A stretch of DNA of 64,000 nt. Source: Bryobacterales bacterium (GTDB lineage Bacteria > Acidobacteriota > Terriglobia > Bryobacterales > Bryobacteraceae). Below are positions 36,209 through 46,982 of the stretch, in pieces. The first letter of the stretch is position 1. Every line of letters starts with the position of its first letter. Where the stretch lies: positions 354,292 to 418,291 of the forward strand of contig CAVRLR010000001.1 in the NCBI GenBank assembly GCA_963722155.1. Reading direction: 5' to 3'. Under the pieces are notes generated by a model. The model saw only the letters and a program-made list of their open reading frames with translations. It was not told the origin of the DNA and did not search any database. The translations under genes were made by a program, and so were the position numbers.

Positions 36209-37237
36209 GACAGCAATTGTAGCGTCAGGAGCCGGCGTCACAGGTGCAAACAGCCGCTCGGCGATTGCATAGCGCAGCGCTTCTATCCCTTCGCCGGTCG
36301 CGCTGGATATTCGCAGAAAAGAATATCCACGCTCCGCCGCCTTCACTTCGACGGCGTGAATGCGCTCCGGCTCCTGGCAGGCGTCGACCTTGCTCGCCGC
36401 AACAATCATTGGTTTATCTATAAGATGTTCGCCGAATTGCGCCAACTCGTTGAGGATCACGTCGAAGTCTTGCGCCGGATCGCGCCCGCTGAAATCGGAC
36501 ACATCCACCAGATGCACGAGCACGCGAGTACGCTCAATGTGCCGCAAGAACTGCATTCCGAGCCCGTGCCCATCGTGCGCGCCTTCAATCAGCCCCGGCA
36601 CGTCGGCCATCACGAATGTACGATCGTCTCCCGCCTGGACTACACCGAGGTTCGGCACCAGAGTCGTGAAGGGATAATCCGCAATTTTCGGTTTCGCAGA
36701 AGAAAGGCGCGCGATGAGGGTGGATTTGCCCGCATTCGGGAAACCCACCAGGCCCACATCGGCAAGCAGCTTCAAAGTGAACCGGAGCTTTGCGAATTCG
36801 CCGGGTTTTCCTTCTTCGTGCTCAGTAGGTGCCTGATGGGTGGCGGTTGCAAAACGGGCATTCCCTTTGCCCCCTCGTCCGCCATGTGCCGCAATCCAAC
36901 GCTGTCCGGGGGCGGTGAAATCGAAGAGTAATTCGCCGCTTTCGGCATCGTGCACTTCGGTTCCCACGGGCACCGGTAATTCGACGCCTACACCATCGCG
37001 TCCCGTTCGGTTACTACCTTCGCCATGACGGCCGCGCTGCGCGCTGTGCTCCGGATTGAAGCGGAAATGCAGGAGTGTGTTGTAGTGTTCGCTTGCGACC
37101 AAGGTGACGTCGCCGCCATGACCGCCATCCCCGCCGCTTGGGCCACCGCGCGGCACGAACTTCTCGCGCCGGAAAGCCATACAGCCATTTCCGCCGTCGC
37201 CGGCCTTTACGGAGACTACGACTTCGTCAATAAACAC
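36200..37237 (-). CDS. obg: GTPase Obg/CgtA
   Basis: GTG start. [38 protein letters not shown] is followed by G1-G4 motifs ([18 protein letters not shown]). Confidence 0.9.
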   Translation of the reverse strand: MFIDEVVVSVKAGDGGNGCMAFRREKFVPRGGPSGGDGGHGGDVTLVASEHYNTLLHFRFNPEHSAQRGRHGEGSNRTGRDGVGVELPVPVGTEVHDAESGELLFDFTAPGQRWIAAHGGRGGKGNARFATATHQAPTEHEEGKPGEFAKLRFTLKLLADVGLVGFPNAGKSTLIARLSSAKPKIADYPFTTLVPNLGVVQAGDDRTFVMADVPGLIEGAHDGHGLGMQFLRHIERTRVLVHLVDVSDFSGRDPAQDFDVILNELAQFGEHLIDKPMIVAASKVDACQEPERIHAVEVKAAERGYSFLRISSATGEGIEALRYAIAERLFAPVTPAPDATIAVGS

Positions 37238-37244
37238 AGAAACA

Positions 37245-37263
37245 GAGACGCCGCCGGCGCCTC
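37245..37263 (-). terminator. hairpin plus U-tract between rpmA and obg (possible attenuating terminator)
   Basis: Minus sense: GAGGCGCC-GGC-GGCGTCTC (8-bp stem with one G:U pair), followed by TGTTTCTGTGTTT. That tract runs into the obg GTG start. Confidence 0.35.
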
Positions 37264-37272
37264 ATACGGTAA

Positions 37273-37533
37273 CTAATTTTGCGCCGCGACGATGGTGACG
37301 AACTTGCCTAGCCTGCCGCGATCGCGAAACTCCACCGTCCCGGCGACGGTGGCAAACAACGTGTCGTCTTTGCCGAGGCCGACGTTCCTTCCCGGCTTGT
37401 ACCGAGTTCCACGCTGACGCACGATGATGGATCCTCCGGTCACGAATTCCCCCGAGAAGACCTTGATCCCCAGACGCTGCGAATTAGAATCGCGGCCATT
37501 CTTGGAACTGCCTAAACCCTTCTTATGTGCCAT
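37273..37533 (-). CDS. rpmA: 50S ribosomal protein L27
   Basis: [24 protein letters not shown]...IIVRQRGT. Confidence 0.95.
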   Translation of the reverse strand: MAHKKGLGSSKNGRDSNSQRLGIKVFSGEFVTGGSIIVRQRGTRYKPGRNVGLGKDDTLFATVAGTVEFRDRGRLGKFVTIVAAQN

Positions 37534-37560
37534 GAAAATCCTCTATGCGGCCATGCGCCG

Positions 37561-37872
37561 CTACGCCAGAATCTCCTCGACCGACACGCGCGTATAGTTC
37601 TGGCGGTGACCGATGGTGCGCTTATATTGCTTCTTTCGCTTGAACTTGAAGACGATGACCTTGTCGCCGCGGCCGTGAGCCGAGATTTTTCCCCGTACCC
37701 GCGCCGATTTGACCGCATCGCCCAAGAGCAGTTCGTTGGTGTCGTTTGAAACGGCAAGTACCCGATCGAACTCCACCGCGGATCCGACGTCTCCGGCAAG
37801 TGTGTCGACATCAATCGTCTGCCCAGGCATCACGCGATACTGCTTACCGCCCGTTTCAATCACAGCGTACAT
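37561..37872 (-). CDS. rplU: 50S ribosomal protein L21
   Basis: MYAVIETGGKQYRV starts at the internal ATG at 37872 of track ORF 37561-38013. The upstream extension has no L21 similarity. Confidence 0.9.
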   Translation of the reverse strand: MYAVIETGGKQYRVMPGQTIDVDTLAGDVGSAVEFDRVLAVSNDTNELLLGDAVKSARVRGKISAHGRGDKVIVFKFKRKKQYKRTIGHRQNYTRVSVEEILA

Positions 37873-37963
37873 AAATTCAGCCTTAAACCCTATTGTTGGT
37901 GTACGGTTCCAGGGAAGCAGCGCGAGCGCGCTCGGACAACCGTGCTGGAATGCAACCTTACTA

Positions 37964-38557
37964 TCATACACGACGCCCCCGGGCGCGACGGTAAAGCCAG
38001 ATAACGGCCACAATTGCGATACCCACGCCCGTCGCGATCAAGGTATAACGGTGCACCAGCGCGGACGTGTTTTCCCAGCGGTCCCCGAATATGTACCCAA
38101 GCGTCAGGAAAAGCGCCACCCAAACAGCCGCGCCGGAATAAGCAAAAATCGCGAATGTAAGGTAGCGCATGTGACCCATCCCGGCCACCAGCGCCGTGAA
38201 GTGCCGGATTCCGGGAATAAAGTAGCCGATGCTGAGCGACCATGCGCCGATGCGATCGAACCAGCGGTCCACACGGTCGAGGTGTGCGGGCGTCAGCCGG
38301 ATGTATTTTCCATAGCGGTAGACTATTTTGCGCCCAAGGCTTCGTCCAAGGTAGAAACTGAGCGTAATTCCGCACAGGCTGCCTGCGAAACCTGTCAAAA
38401 AAGCTGTGGTGAAATCCAGCCGCCCATGATAAATGAGGTATCCGCAGAAAACCAGCAATGTCTCATCAGGAATCGGCAATCCCAGAATGCCCAAAAGCAG
38501 CCCCGCGAACAGGCCGACATAACCGTATTGAGACAGCCACTCAAACAGCCAATCCAT
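37964..38557 (-). CDS. DedA-family inner-membrane protein
   Basis: YGYVGLFAGLLLGILGLPIPDETLLVFCGYL and GIRHFTALVAGM are typical of DedA/SNARE-associated proteins. Confidence 0.85.
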   Translation of the reverse strand: MDWLFEWLSQYGYVGLFAGLLLGILGLPIPDETLLVFCGYLIYHGRLDFTTAFLTGFAGSLCGITLSFYLGRSLGRKIVYRYGKYIRLTPAHLDRVDRWFDRIGAWSLSIGYFIPGIRHFTALVAGMGHMRYLTFAIFAYSGAAVWVALFLTLGYIFGDRWENTSALVHRYTLIATGVGIAIVAVIWLYRRARGRRV

Positions 38558-38587
38558 TCGCGGTAGTCAGAGGATAGCAACACTTCG

Positions 38588-38902
38588 ATGCGCTACGATT
38601 CCGATATGGCGCTCTTTGATGTCTTGTGCCCGTGCTGTGGCGCGACTCTGCGGGTCGATCCGGAAACTCAGGCCGTTATTCACCATCGCGAACCGGAAAA
38701 GAAAGCGCCGATAGAGGATCTACAGGCCGCCGTTCAGAGCCTCAAAGGCGAGGCCGCTCGCCGCAACGACATCTTCGAAAAAAGTTTCACATCGCACCTG
38801 GGCGCAGAAAAGGTGCGCGAAAAGAAATTCGAAGAGTTGCTGAAACAAGCCAAAGAAGACAAGAGCGGAAAGCCTCCCAACCGACCATTCGATCTCGATT
38901 AG
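38588..38902 (+). CDS. small zinc-ribbon plus charged-helix protein, function unknown
   Basis: A CPCCGATLRVDPETQ ribbon is followed by a K/E-rich helix. The likely start is the ATG at 38606. Confidence 0.5.
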   Translation: MRYDSDMALFDVLCPCCGATLRVDPETQAVIHHREPEKKAPIEDLQAAVQSLKGEAARRNDIFEKSFTSHLGAEKVREKKFEELLKQAKEDKSGKPPNRPFDLD

Positions 38903-38907
38903 CGTCT

Positions 38908-39333
38908 TCAAAGTCCGAACTGGCGAGCGAAATCTCCCCTGGCCAGACGTTTTACGAAATCGAGATCACCGGCAAGGAAATCCAGAGAAGGCAGATTCGC
39001 GAAATCAACCCAGCAAATCTGTTCAAAGACTTGCGCATCAGGCTCACCACAAAATTCGTTTACAAGGAAAAACAGCAAATGGACGCGGCTTCCCGTCGGG
39101 TACTCGTGTTCATAGCGAGCCAGTTCGGCGCCTACCTTTGCCTCGATCCGTAATTCTTCCGCCAGTTCACGAATGAGCGCCTGCCGCGGGCTTTCACCTT
39201 GCTCGACCTTGCCGCCCGGGAACTCCCATTTGAGTGAGTGGCGGCCACCCTTGCGCCGTTGGCCGACGAGTATCCGCTTGTCGCGTAAGATGATGCCTGC
39301 CGAAACCAGCAAAGGCGTCCGTTTCTGTATCAA
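38908..39333 (-). CDS. NUDIX hydrolase (MutT-like)
   Basis: Nudix box: WEFPGGKVEQGESPRQALIRELAEELRIE. Confidence 0.8.
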   Translation of the reverse strand: MIQKRTPLLVSAGIILRDKRILVGQRRKGGRHSLKWEFPGGKVEQGESPRQALIRELAEELRIEAKVGAELARYEHEYPTGSRVHLLFFLVNEFCGEPDAQVFEQICWVDFANLPSLDFLAGDLDFVKRLARGDFARQFGL

Positions 39334-39353
39334 ATCGCTTATGGATGGTCTGC

Positions 39354-42041
39354 TTAAGAAGCCGGGGCAGCCGATGCCAGGATTTGCCGGAAGACGTAAG
39401 GCAGAATGCCGCCACTGCGGTAGTATTCGGCTTCCTGGGGTGTGTCGATGCGGGCTTTTACTGCGAATTCAATCTCCTTACCGTCCGGTTGCGTGGCAGC
39501 CACTCTAACATGGCTTTCGGCCGACGCGAGGGCCTGCCGAACGCCTGTAAGACGAAACCGCTCTTCTCCCGTCAACCCGAGTGATTCGCGATTTTGCCCT
39601 TCCAGAAATTGGAGCGGCAAGACGCCCATTTGTACCAGGTTCGAACGATGGATCCGTTCGAAGCTCTCCGCAATCACCGCACGAATTCCCAACAGGAGGG
39701 TTCCCTTGGCGGCCCAGTCGCGGGAAGATCCCGATCCGTACTCTTTGCCGGCAAGAATCAACAACGGCACGCCCTCGCCCCTATACTTTTCCGCGGCTTC
39801 GTAAATGAACATCTTCTCGCCGTCCGGCATGTGCCGGGTCCAACCGCCCTCTACTCCCGGAACCAATTGGTTCCTTAGCCGGATGTTCGCAAACGTTCCA
39901 CGAACCATCACCTCATGGTTGCCACGCCGCGCTCCATAGCTATTGAAATCCGCCGGTTTCACGCCGAGACTAACTAGATATTTGCCAGCGGGACTATCCA
40001 CCGGAATCGATCCAGCCGGCGAAATATGATCCGTGGTGACCGAATCTCCTAATACCGCCAATGCGCGCACCCCAGTAAAGTCCTGTACGAACGTCAGAGG
40101 ATCGACTAATTTATCAAAATACGGTGGCTGTTTGATGTAGGTGGAATCGTTGGTCCATTCAAACAGATCGCCGCCCGGCACTTTCAGGGAGTTCCAACTC
40201 TCGTCACCCGCAAATACTTCGGAATACTGCTTGCGGAAAAACTCCGTTCGCGCCGACGCCTTGACAACCGCCTCCACTTCCTCGGCCGTAGGCCAGATAT
40301 CGGCAAGATAGACGTTGTTGCCATCGCGATCCTTGCCAAGTGGATCCTTCGTCAAATCCGTGTCGACAGTCCCCGCGATTGAGTACGCAACGACCAGCGG
40401 AGGAGAGGCCAGGTAGTTGGAGCGCACCAAGGCGTTCACGCGGCCCTCGAAATTACGGTTCCCGCTCAACACCGCAGCCACGTTCAATTTGCCGTGTGTC
40501 ACCGCTTCGGCGACGTTTTCCGGCAACGGACCGCTATTGCCTATACAAGTAGTGCATCCGTACCCTACCAGGTGAAAGTTAAGCTTTTCCAGATAGGGCA
40601 TGAGCCCCGCGTCGCTCAGATAGTCCAAAACCACTTTCGATCCGGGAGCCAGTGAAGTCTTCACCCAGGACTTTGCCGAAAGACCCTTCTCTACGGCTTT
40701 CTTCGCAACGAGACCGGCCGCCACCATGACTGACGGGTTCGACGTATTGGTACAACTCGTAATCGCAGCGATAACTACCGCGCCATCGTGAAGTTCCTCT
40801 TTGTGGCCATTCACTCGAAGACTCGCTTTCCTTGCCGCTCCGCCAAGCGCTGCATGGAAGTTTTGCTTCACATCCGGCAAATCGATGCGGTCTTGCGGGC
40901 GTTTTGGTCCTGCGAGCGACGGCACCACCTTCGTCAAATCGAGGGAGAGTGCGTCTGAATACACTGGCTCGTCGGAATCCACCGTCAAGAACAGCCCCTG
41001 TTCCTTGGTGTAGGCCTCCACAAGGTTCACCAATTCCGGAGTGCGGTTCGTCAGGCGGAGATAGTCCAGCGTCACCGCGTCCACAGGAAAGAAGCCGATG
41101 GTCGCTCCGTATTCGGGAGCCATGTTACTTATAGTGGCGCGATCGGCCAGCGACAGCGCACTTACTCCCGGCCCAAAAAATTCCACGAACTTACCCACCA
41201 CGCCTTTCTTGCGCAGCATCTGGGTAACCGTAAGTACTAAATCGGTCGCAGTCGCCCCTTCCGGCAACTTACCACTCAGCTTGAAACCGACGACTTGGGG
41301 CAGCAGCATGGAGATCGGCTGGCCCAACATACAAGCTTCAGCTTCGATACCCCCCACGCCCCAGCCCACCACGCCCAGGCCATTGATCATTGTCGTGTGT
41401 GAATCGGTTCCCATTAAGGTATCGGGATAGGCGCGCAGAATATCGTTGTGCTTGTCGCTGAAAACGACGCTCGCGAGATATTCGAGGTTGACCTGATGCA
41501 CGATACCCGTGTCGGGGGGCACCACGCGGAAATTACTGAAGGCCTTCTGACCCCAACGCAGAAACGCATAGCGCTCCTGATTGCGGCTGAATTCGAGTAG
41601 CGCGTTTTCGTGAAATGCATTGCGAGAGCCGAAAACGTCGACTTGCACCGAATGGTCGATCACCAAATCCGCCGGTATCAGTGGATTCGCGAGCTCGGGC
41701 TTCGCGCCGACTCTCTTGAGGGCATCGCGCATGGCGGCCAAATCGACCACGCAGGGGACACCAGTGAAATCCTGCAGCAAGATCCGCGCCGGCCGGAATT
41801 GAATCTCCTGGGCCGCGGTCTTCGGATCCCACTGGGCTACATATTCAATGTCAGCAGGACTGACTGTACGACCATCTTCAAATCGGAGCAAATTTTCAAG
41901 AAGGATTTTGATGGAATAGGGGAGTCGGGACAACTTCACTCCGGCCGCCATTTTCTCAAGCGCGTCCAGCCGGAATATCTGATAGGTTGCATCGTTCACG
42001 CGCAGCTCAGCTGCCGCGCCGAACGTATTCTTAGTCGCCAT
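39354..42041 (-). CDS. acnA: aconitate hydratase A
   Basis: 895 aa. The aconitase Cys ligand contexts are present ([20 protein letters not shown]), with the swivel domain at the C-terminus. Confidence 0.95.
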   Translation of the reverse strand: MATKNTFGAAAELRVNDATYQIFRLDALEKMAAGVKLSRLPYSIKILLENLLRFEDGRTVSPADIEYVAQWDPKTAAQEIQFRPARILLQDFTGVPCVVDLAAMRDALKRVGAKPELANPLIPADLVIDHSVQVDVFGSRNAFHENALLEFSRNQERYAFLRWGQKAFSNFRVVPPDTGIVHQVNLEYLASVVFSDKHNDILRAYPDTLMGTDSHTTMINGLGVVGWGVGGIEAEACMLGQPISMLLPQVVGFKLSGKLPEGATATDLVLTVTQMLRKKGVVGKFVEFFGPGVSALSLADRATISNMAPEYGATIGFFPVDAVTLDYLRLTNRTPELVNLVEAYTKEQGLFLTVDSDEPVYSDALSLDLTKVVPSLAGPKRPQDRIDLPDVKQNFHAALGGAARKASLRVNGHKEELHDGAVVIAAITSCTNTSNPSVMVAAGLVAKKAVEKGLSAKSWVKTSLAPGSKVVLDYLSDAGLMPYLEKLNFHLVGYGCTTCIGNSGPLPENVAEAVTHGKLNVAAVLSGNRNFEGRVNALVRSNYLASPPLVVAYSIAGTVDTDLTKDPLGKDRDGNNVYLADIWPTAEEVEAVVKASARTEFFRKQYSEVFAGDESWNSLKVPGGDLFEWTNDSTYIKQPPYFDKLVDPLTFVQDFTGVRALAVLGDSVTTDHISPAGSIPVDSPAGKYLVSLGVKPADFNSYGARRGNHEVMVRGTFANIRLRNQLVPGVEGGWTRHMPDGEKMFIYEAAEKYRGEGVPLLILAGKEYGSGSSRDWAAKGTLLLGIRAVIAESFERIHRSNLVQMGVLPLQFLEGQNRESLGLTGEERFRLTGVRQALASAESHVRVAATQPDGKEIEFAVKARIDTPQEAEYYRSGGILPYVFRQILASAAPAS

Positions 42042-42059
42042 CTGTCTCTAGTCTATTCC

Positions 42060-44072
42060 TCACATGTAGGGTGGCTGCTCAATGCCTAGTACGCCCAGGA
42101 CCGAGAGCAATTGGTCGTGCACGTATCCGGTCAGCCAGAGAAGTAGGGCGCGGCGTTCCGCGTCTTCTTCCGCAATGACCGAGTGTTCATGATAAAAATT
42201 GTTAAAACTTTGCGCAAGCTGGAAAGCGTACTTGGCGACGTGCGCAGGCTCGCCAGCTCCGATCGCCCGCTCCACCGCGCTGGCCGCTTTGGAACTGGTC
42301 AGCAGCAATTGCCACAGGTCCTCGGATTGGAATCCACGCTCGAGCGTGTCGGCGCTCAAGACCTCGAGAAACGCAGGTAGCGTACCGCCGCGTTCTTCAA
42401 ATTTCCGCAAAATGTTTCGGGCGCGAACTGCCGTGTACTGCACGTACGGCCCGGTCTCGCCCTCAAAACTGAGCGCCTCGTGCAGATCGAATGCAATGAC
42501 GGAATTGCGCGTAAACTTCAGCATGAAATAGCGTAAAGCGCCGACGGCTATCTGTTCGGCAACTCTGCGCCTTTCCTCGGGTGGCGCCTCCGGGTGGCGA
42601 TGCTCCACTTCGGCAAGCGCTGTCACGATTAGTTTATCGATCAGATCATCAGCTTTGACACCCAGGCCCTTGCGTCCGGAGACCTCGACATAGCTGCGCG
42701 TTTTGTCTTCTTCCGGGATTGCAATGCCCAGCTCCACGCAAGTGCGCGGCGTCAGCGCAACCATTTCATACGAAAAATGCACCGAGGCTTGTGCCTGTTC
42801 CGGAAAATCGAGCGCTCGCAACCCGGCAACCACGACATCCTGCAAGTATGACTGCCGTGAGTCGATTACATTGAACACCCGCGCAGCGCGGCCGAAAGCC
42901 GGCGGCGGCTCGCTACCCGGTTCATCACTCGTCACCCAAACGAGATGACCATCGTCATCGCGCGACCAGATCCGATAGTAAAAGTCCTTTCCGAGCAAGC
43001 CGAACTTCCACAGTTGATAAGCGATGTCCTTTCCGACATACGTCACGGTGCCGTTTGAGCGGACGATTACTTTGCTGTCTTCAGCCCCGTCCTCGCCCGC
43101 CGCCCCCGAATCGCGGAATGCGCTCGACGGCATCACCCAACAGCCTTTGTTCTTCCCTTGCTCCTCGAAGTAAATCGCTCCACGCTGCTTGAGAAGTTCG
43201 AACGCCGCGGCCCAAAACTGCAGATGTAGAATTTCGCTCTCGCGCGGGAGCAGATCGTAGCGAATATCAAGGCGCGACATCGTCTTCAAGTGGGCCTTAA
43301 CGATTGCATCCGCTATCAAGTGCCCCAGTTCAGCCAGTTCGCCCTTCCCTGCCTCTATCGCGTGCAATGTCTCCGCACGCCATTCGACTGCGGTCGGGTT
43401 TTCCTGGTAGTAGGCCGACATCCGCGCGTACAGATCCCAGCACTGGTAATCGAACCGCGTGCTCTGGTCCGCGACCAGCGCCCGCACTTCTGCGATGCCA
43501 TACTTTTCCAGATGATGGAAGCCGGCGACGACATCGGCGACCTGAACGCCGGTGTTGTCAATATAGTTCTGCACTTCCACCCGGCCCCCGCGCTTGCGCA
43601 GCATCCGCACGAACGTGTCACCCAAAACCGCGTTGCGTAAGTGCCCGATGTGCGCCGCCTTGTTCGGGTTGATATTGGTATGTTCAACGACGATTTTTTC
43701 CGCCTGTGCCGTGCCCGCCGTCTCCACCCCAGCCGTTCGCAGGATGGATTCCGCATACGCGCCGCGCGCCAGCCGGACGTTAATGTAGCCGTTGCCGGCG
43801 ATCTCGAGCGAAGCTACCTCAGGCATGTGCTCGATTTCACCGGCTAATTCTTCAGCAATCTGCCGCGGCGGACGCTTCAATTCGCGCGCCAGCTGGAAGG
43901 CTACTGGAATCGCTAGCTCACCAAATGAATTCTGTTTAGGCTGCTCGATTGAAACTTTTACTTTAGATTGAAATTTGCCAGTCAGTCGCTCTTGAATCCG
44001 GACGGCTATCTTCGCTGCGATCTCGTCGAACACTGCTTTCCAGTATGCCCGAGCGCTGGAAGCGATTTTCAT
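42060..44072 (-). CDS. argS: arginine--tRNA ligase
   Basis: The HIGH motif appears as NKAAHIGHLRN. An anticodon-binding C-terminal domain is present. The start is taken at the ATG at 44072 (MKIASS...), because the longer track ORF overlaps the divergent fdx gene. Confidence 0.9.
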   Translation of the reverse strand: MKIASSARAYWKAVFDEIAAKIAVRIQERLTGKFQSKVKVSIEQPKQNSFGELAIPVAFQLARELKRPPRQIAEELAGEIEHMPEVASLEIAGNGYINVRLARGAYAESILRTAGVETAGTAQAEKIVVEHTNINPNKAAHIGHLRNAVLGDTFVRMLRKRGGRVEVQNYIDNTGVQVADVVAGFHHLEKYGIAEVRALVADQSTRFDYQCWDLYARMSAYYQENPTAVEWRAETLHAIEAGKGELAELGHLIADAIVKAHLKTMSRLDIRYDLLPRESEILHLQFWAAAFELLKQRGAIYFEEQGKNKGCWVMPSSAFRDSGAAGEDGAEDSKVIVRSNGTVTYVGKDIAYQLWKFGLLGKDFYYRIWSRDDDGHLVWVTSDEPGSEPPPAFGRAARVFNVIDSRQSYLQDVVVAGLRALDFPEQAQASVHFSYEMVALTPRTCVELGIAIPEEDKTRSYVEVSGRKGLGVKADDLIDKLIVTALAEVEHRHPEAPPEERRRVAEQIAVGALRYFMLKFTRNSVIAFDLHEALSFEGETGPYVQYTAVRARNILRKFEERGGTLPAFLEVLSADTLERGFQSEDLWQLLLTSSKAASAVERAIGAGEPAHVAKYAFQLAQSFNNFYHEHSVIAEEDAERRALLLWLTGYVHDQLLSVLGVLGIEQPPYM

Positions 44073-44092
44073 TTGCCAGTCTAAAATGAGGA

Positions 44093-44453
44093 GTGCCGAA
44101 AGTAACTTTCCTGCCCGAAAACAAGACGGTGGCGTTTGAATTGGGCAAATTACCCTATGACGATCACGGTAAACGCGAATCGCTACTCGACGTCGCAATG
44201 AATTTCGGCATCCATCTGGAACACGCTTGCGGCGGCAGCTGCGCTTGCACCACATGCCACGTTCTGGTGCAAGACGGCCGGGCGAATCTCTCCGAAGCCG
44301 AAGACGATGAACTGGACCGTCTCGATATGGCCGCCGGTCTCACGCTTCGTTCCCGCCTTGGCTGTCAGGCCGTCGTCAAGGGAGATGTCACGGTGAGAAA
44401 TTCCATCCTGGAACCGCAACTACATCAGCGAAGGCGGAAAGTCGACGCTTTAA
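44093..44453 (+). CDS. fdx: ISC-type [2Fe-2S] ferredoxin (Fdx) whose C-terminus is displaced by a 1-nt indel
   Basis: Colinear with E. coli Fdx (HACGGSCACTTCH ... SRLGCQA). The expected tail IPSWNRNYISEGGKSTL-stop (compare EIPRYTINHAREH) is in the +1 frame from 44400 to 44453. The frame slips at the AAA run at 44398-44400. As given, the ORF reads through into the GH3 gene. Confidence 0.75.
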
Positions 44454-44467
44454 CTAACATAGATGTA

Positions 44468-46981
44468 ATGAAAAAGCGTAGCGCGTGGTTCCTGCCCCTG
44501 GCACTCACCGCGATCGGCTGGACGCAAACTGGGTCTTCCTCGGAAACCCCCGAGGAACGAGCCGCGGCCCTGGTGTCGCGCATGACTCTCGAGGAAAAAG
44601 TGAGCCAGATGCAGAATACGGCGCCGGCTATTTCCCGCCTCCAAATTCCTGCGTACGACTGGTGGAACGAGGCGCTGCACGGGGTGGCGCGAGCCGGCCT
44701 CGCCACCGTATTTCCCCAAGCGATCGGGCTCGCCGCGACCTGGGACACCGATCTTGAACACCGGATCGCCGACGTTATCTCGACCGAAGCCCGTGCCAAA
44801 TATAACGACGCTATTCATCACGATAATCACCGCCGCTACTACGGGCTCACTTTTTGGTCCCCCAATATCAATATCTTTCGCGATCCGCGTTGGGGCCGTG
44901 GCCAGGAGACCTATGGAGAGGACCCGTATCTCACCGCTCAGATGGCGCTCGCATTCATCCACGGTATGCAGGGGAACGATCCCCATTACTTCAAGACCAT
45001 TGCAACCTCTAAACATTTCGCGGTGCATAGCGGGCCAGAGGTTTCGCGGCACCACTTCGACGCGCGTGTCAGCCAGCAGGACTTAGACGATACCTACCTG
45101 AACGCCTTCCAGGCCACGCTTGCCGAAGGGGGAGCGTATTCCGTCATGTGTGCCTACAATCGCCTCGACGGAGCTCCGGCTTGCGCGAGCGATTTCCTAT
45201 TAGCCGATACGCTGCGAGACAAATGGAAGTTTCCAGGCTACGTAGTGAGTGATTGTGGCGCTATCGGTGACATCTACCGGGGCCATCATTATGCAGGTTC
45301 TATGGCGGAAGCAGCAGCCAAGGCCGTGCGCGCCGGTACCGATCTTGCCTGCGGCCGCGAATACAACACCCTGGTCGAGGCTGTCCAAAAAGGCTACATC
45401 CGTGAAGAGGAAATCGATCGGGCGGTACGACGCCTCTTCGTAGCGCGTTTCCGGCTCGGCATGTTCGATCCGCCGGGCCGTGTTCCGTTCTCACGGCTGG
45501 GCATGGATCAAGTCGCCTCTCCCGCGCACCAACAACTCGCCCGCGAAGCCGCCGAAAAATCTATCGTACTTCTGAAAAACGATAACCAATTGTTGCCGCT
45601 GGTCCGCGTGCCGAAAAAGATCGCCGTGGTCGGACCGGCATCCGATGATCCGGATGTCCTGCTCGGCAACTACTATGGAACACCGCGGCACCTCATCACG
45701 CCGCTAGCGGGCATCAAGAACAAATTCGGCGCCAAGGCAAATGTCCAGTGGGCTCTGGGCAGCGTCTATGCCGGATCCTCTTTAACGCTCATCCCAACGA
45801 GCGTGCATGCCGACTATTTTCAAAACACCGATTTCACAGGAAGGCCGGCCTTATCCCGCACAGAGCCCCGCGGCTACTTCATTTGGGCCATGCAGGATCC
45901 GGCAGTCGCCAAAGTTCTTCCCAATCCCAATTTCGCCTTGCGCTGGGAAGCGGCCCTCCAACCGAAAGTCGCCGGCGAGTACCAGCTTGGCCTGGCACGT
46001 CAGGAGTGCGACAGTTGTCCTGGTACGAACACTTGGCGCTTGTTCTTAGACAACAAGAAACTCGTCGATCAAACACATAACGCCGCCGGCGGTCATCGGA
46101 TAGCGAGCGCCAAGGTACATTTTGAGGCCGGGACGACATATCACATCCGTGCGGAATACTTGCAGCACGATGGCGGAGGAGGCGTCGAGCTGGTCTGGAC
46201 ACCTCCTGCCGAAGCGTTGCTGGCGGAAGCCGTGGACACCGTTAAGAATTCAGACATGGCGATCGTTTGTGTGGGTCTTAACTCACGGCTGGAAGGCGAA
46301 GAATCTCCGATTCAGATACCGGGATTCGAGCATGGCGACCGCACCGTGATCGGCCTCCCCGAACCGCAGGAAAAACTTCTGGAAGCCGTTCTGGAAACCA
46401 GTAAGCCCGTGGTTGTCGTTCTTCTGAATGGCAGCGCGCTGGCAGTGAATGTTGCCAAACAACGCGCCGCGGCAATCCTCGAAGCGTGGTATGGAGGACA
46501 GGAAGGCGGCGCCGCCATCGCACAAACCCTTGCCGGCGATAGCAATCCCGCTGGCCGCTTGCCTGTCACGTTCTACGAGTCTGTCGATCAATTGCCGGCA
46601 TTCGATGACTATGCGATGAAAGGCCGCACCTACCGCTATTTCACCGGGCGGCCGCTCTACGCTTTCGGATACGGTCTGAGCTATTCCGTTTTCCGCTACT
46701 CCGATATCCGATCGAATCCGCTGCCCGACGGACAACTTGAAATCACGGCTCGCGTCAAAAACGATTCGCGGCGCGCCGGCGACGAAGTGGCGCAACTGTA
46801 TGTCACCGTGAGCAACGCCAGGCCCGAACTGAAAGGATTCGTCCGAACGCACGTCCCCGCCAACCAGAGCAAGAGCGTGCGCTTCGTGCTGAAGGGCGCG
46901 GGACTCCCAGGCGCGGTGGTTACCGTGGGCGGTGGCCAACCTGGGGGCGAATCGGTCAGCCTCACTCTACCTAAGAGCTGA
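44468..46981 (+). CDS. secreted GH3 beta-glucosidase / beta-xylosidase with an inserted PA14 domain
   Basis: Own signal peptide MKKRSAWFLPLALTAIGW. GH3 blocks are present (WWNEALHGV, GYVVSDCGAI). A PA14-like segment follows (DYFQNTDFTG...GEYQLGL...TYHIRAEY). Confidence 0.9.
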   Translation: MKKRSAWFLPLALTAIGWTQTGSSSETPEERAAALVSRMTLEEKVSQMQNTAPAISRLQIPAYDWWNEALHGVARAGLATVFPQAIGLAATWDTDLEHRIADVISTEARAKYNDAIHHDNHRRYYGLTFWSPNINIFRDPRWGRGQETYGEDPYLTAQMALAFIHGMQGNDPHYFKTIATSKHFAVHSGPEVSRHHFDARVSQQDLDDTYLNAFQATLAEGGAYSVMCAYNRLDGAPACASDFLLADTLRDKWKFPGYVVSDCGAIGDIYRGHHYAGSMAEAAAKAVRAGTDLACGREYNTLVEAVQKGYIREEEIDRAVRRLFVARFRLGMFDPPGRVPFSRLGMDQVASPAHQQLAREAAEKSIVLLKNDNQLLPLVRVPKKIAVVGPASDDPDVLLGNYYGTPRHLITPLAGIKNKFGAKANVQWALGSVYAGSSLTLIPTSVHADYFQNTDFTGRPALSRTEPRGYFIWAMQDPAVAKVLPNPNFALRWEAALQPKVAGEYQLGLARQECDSCPGTNTWRLFLDNKKLVDQTHNAAGGHRIASAKVHFEAGTTYHIRAEYLQHDGGGGVELVWTPPAEALLAEAVDTVKNSDMAIVCVGLNSRLEGEESPIQIPGFEHGDRTVIGLPEPQEKLLEAVLETSKPVVVVLLNGSALAVNVAKQRAAAILEAWYGGQEGGAAIAQTLAGDSNPAGRLPVTFYESVDQLPAFDDYAMKGRTYRYFTGRPLYAFGYGLSYSVFRYSDIRSNPLPDGQLEITARVKNDSRRAGDEVAQLYVTVSNARPELKGFVRTHVPANQSKSVRFVLKGAGLPGAVVTVGGGQPGGESVSLTLPKS

Positions 46982-46982
46982 C

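Noticed and set aside
37709-38566. 285-aa plus-strand ORF
   Set aside because: Antisense to rplU and the DedA gene, both of which have clear family motifs.
44093-46981. A genuine ferredoxin-GH3 fusion protein
   Set aside because: The canonical ferredoxin tail and stop sit in the +1 frame after an AAA run. The GH3 part has its own ATG and signal peptide, and the 25 linking codons match neither family.
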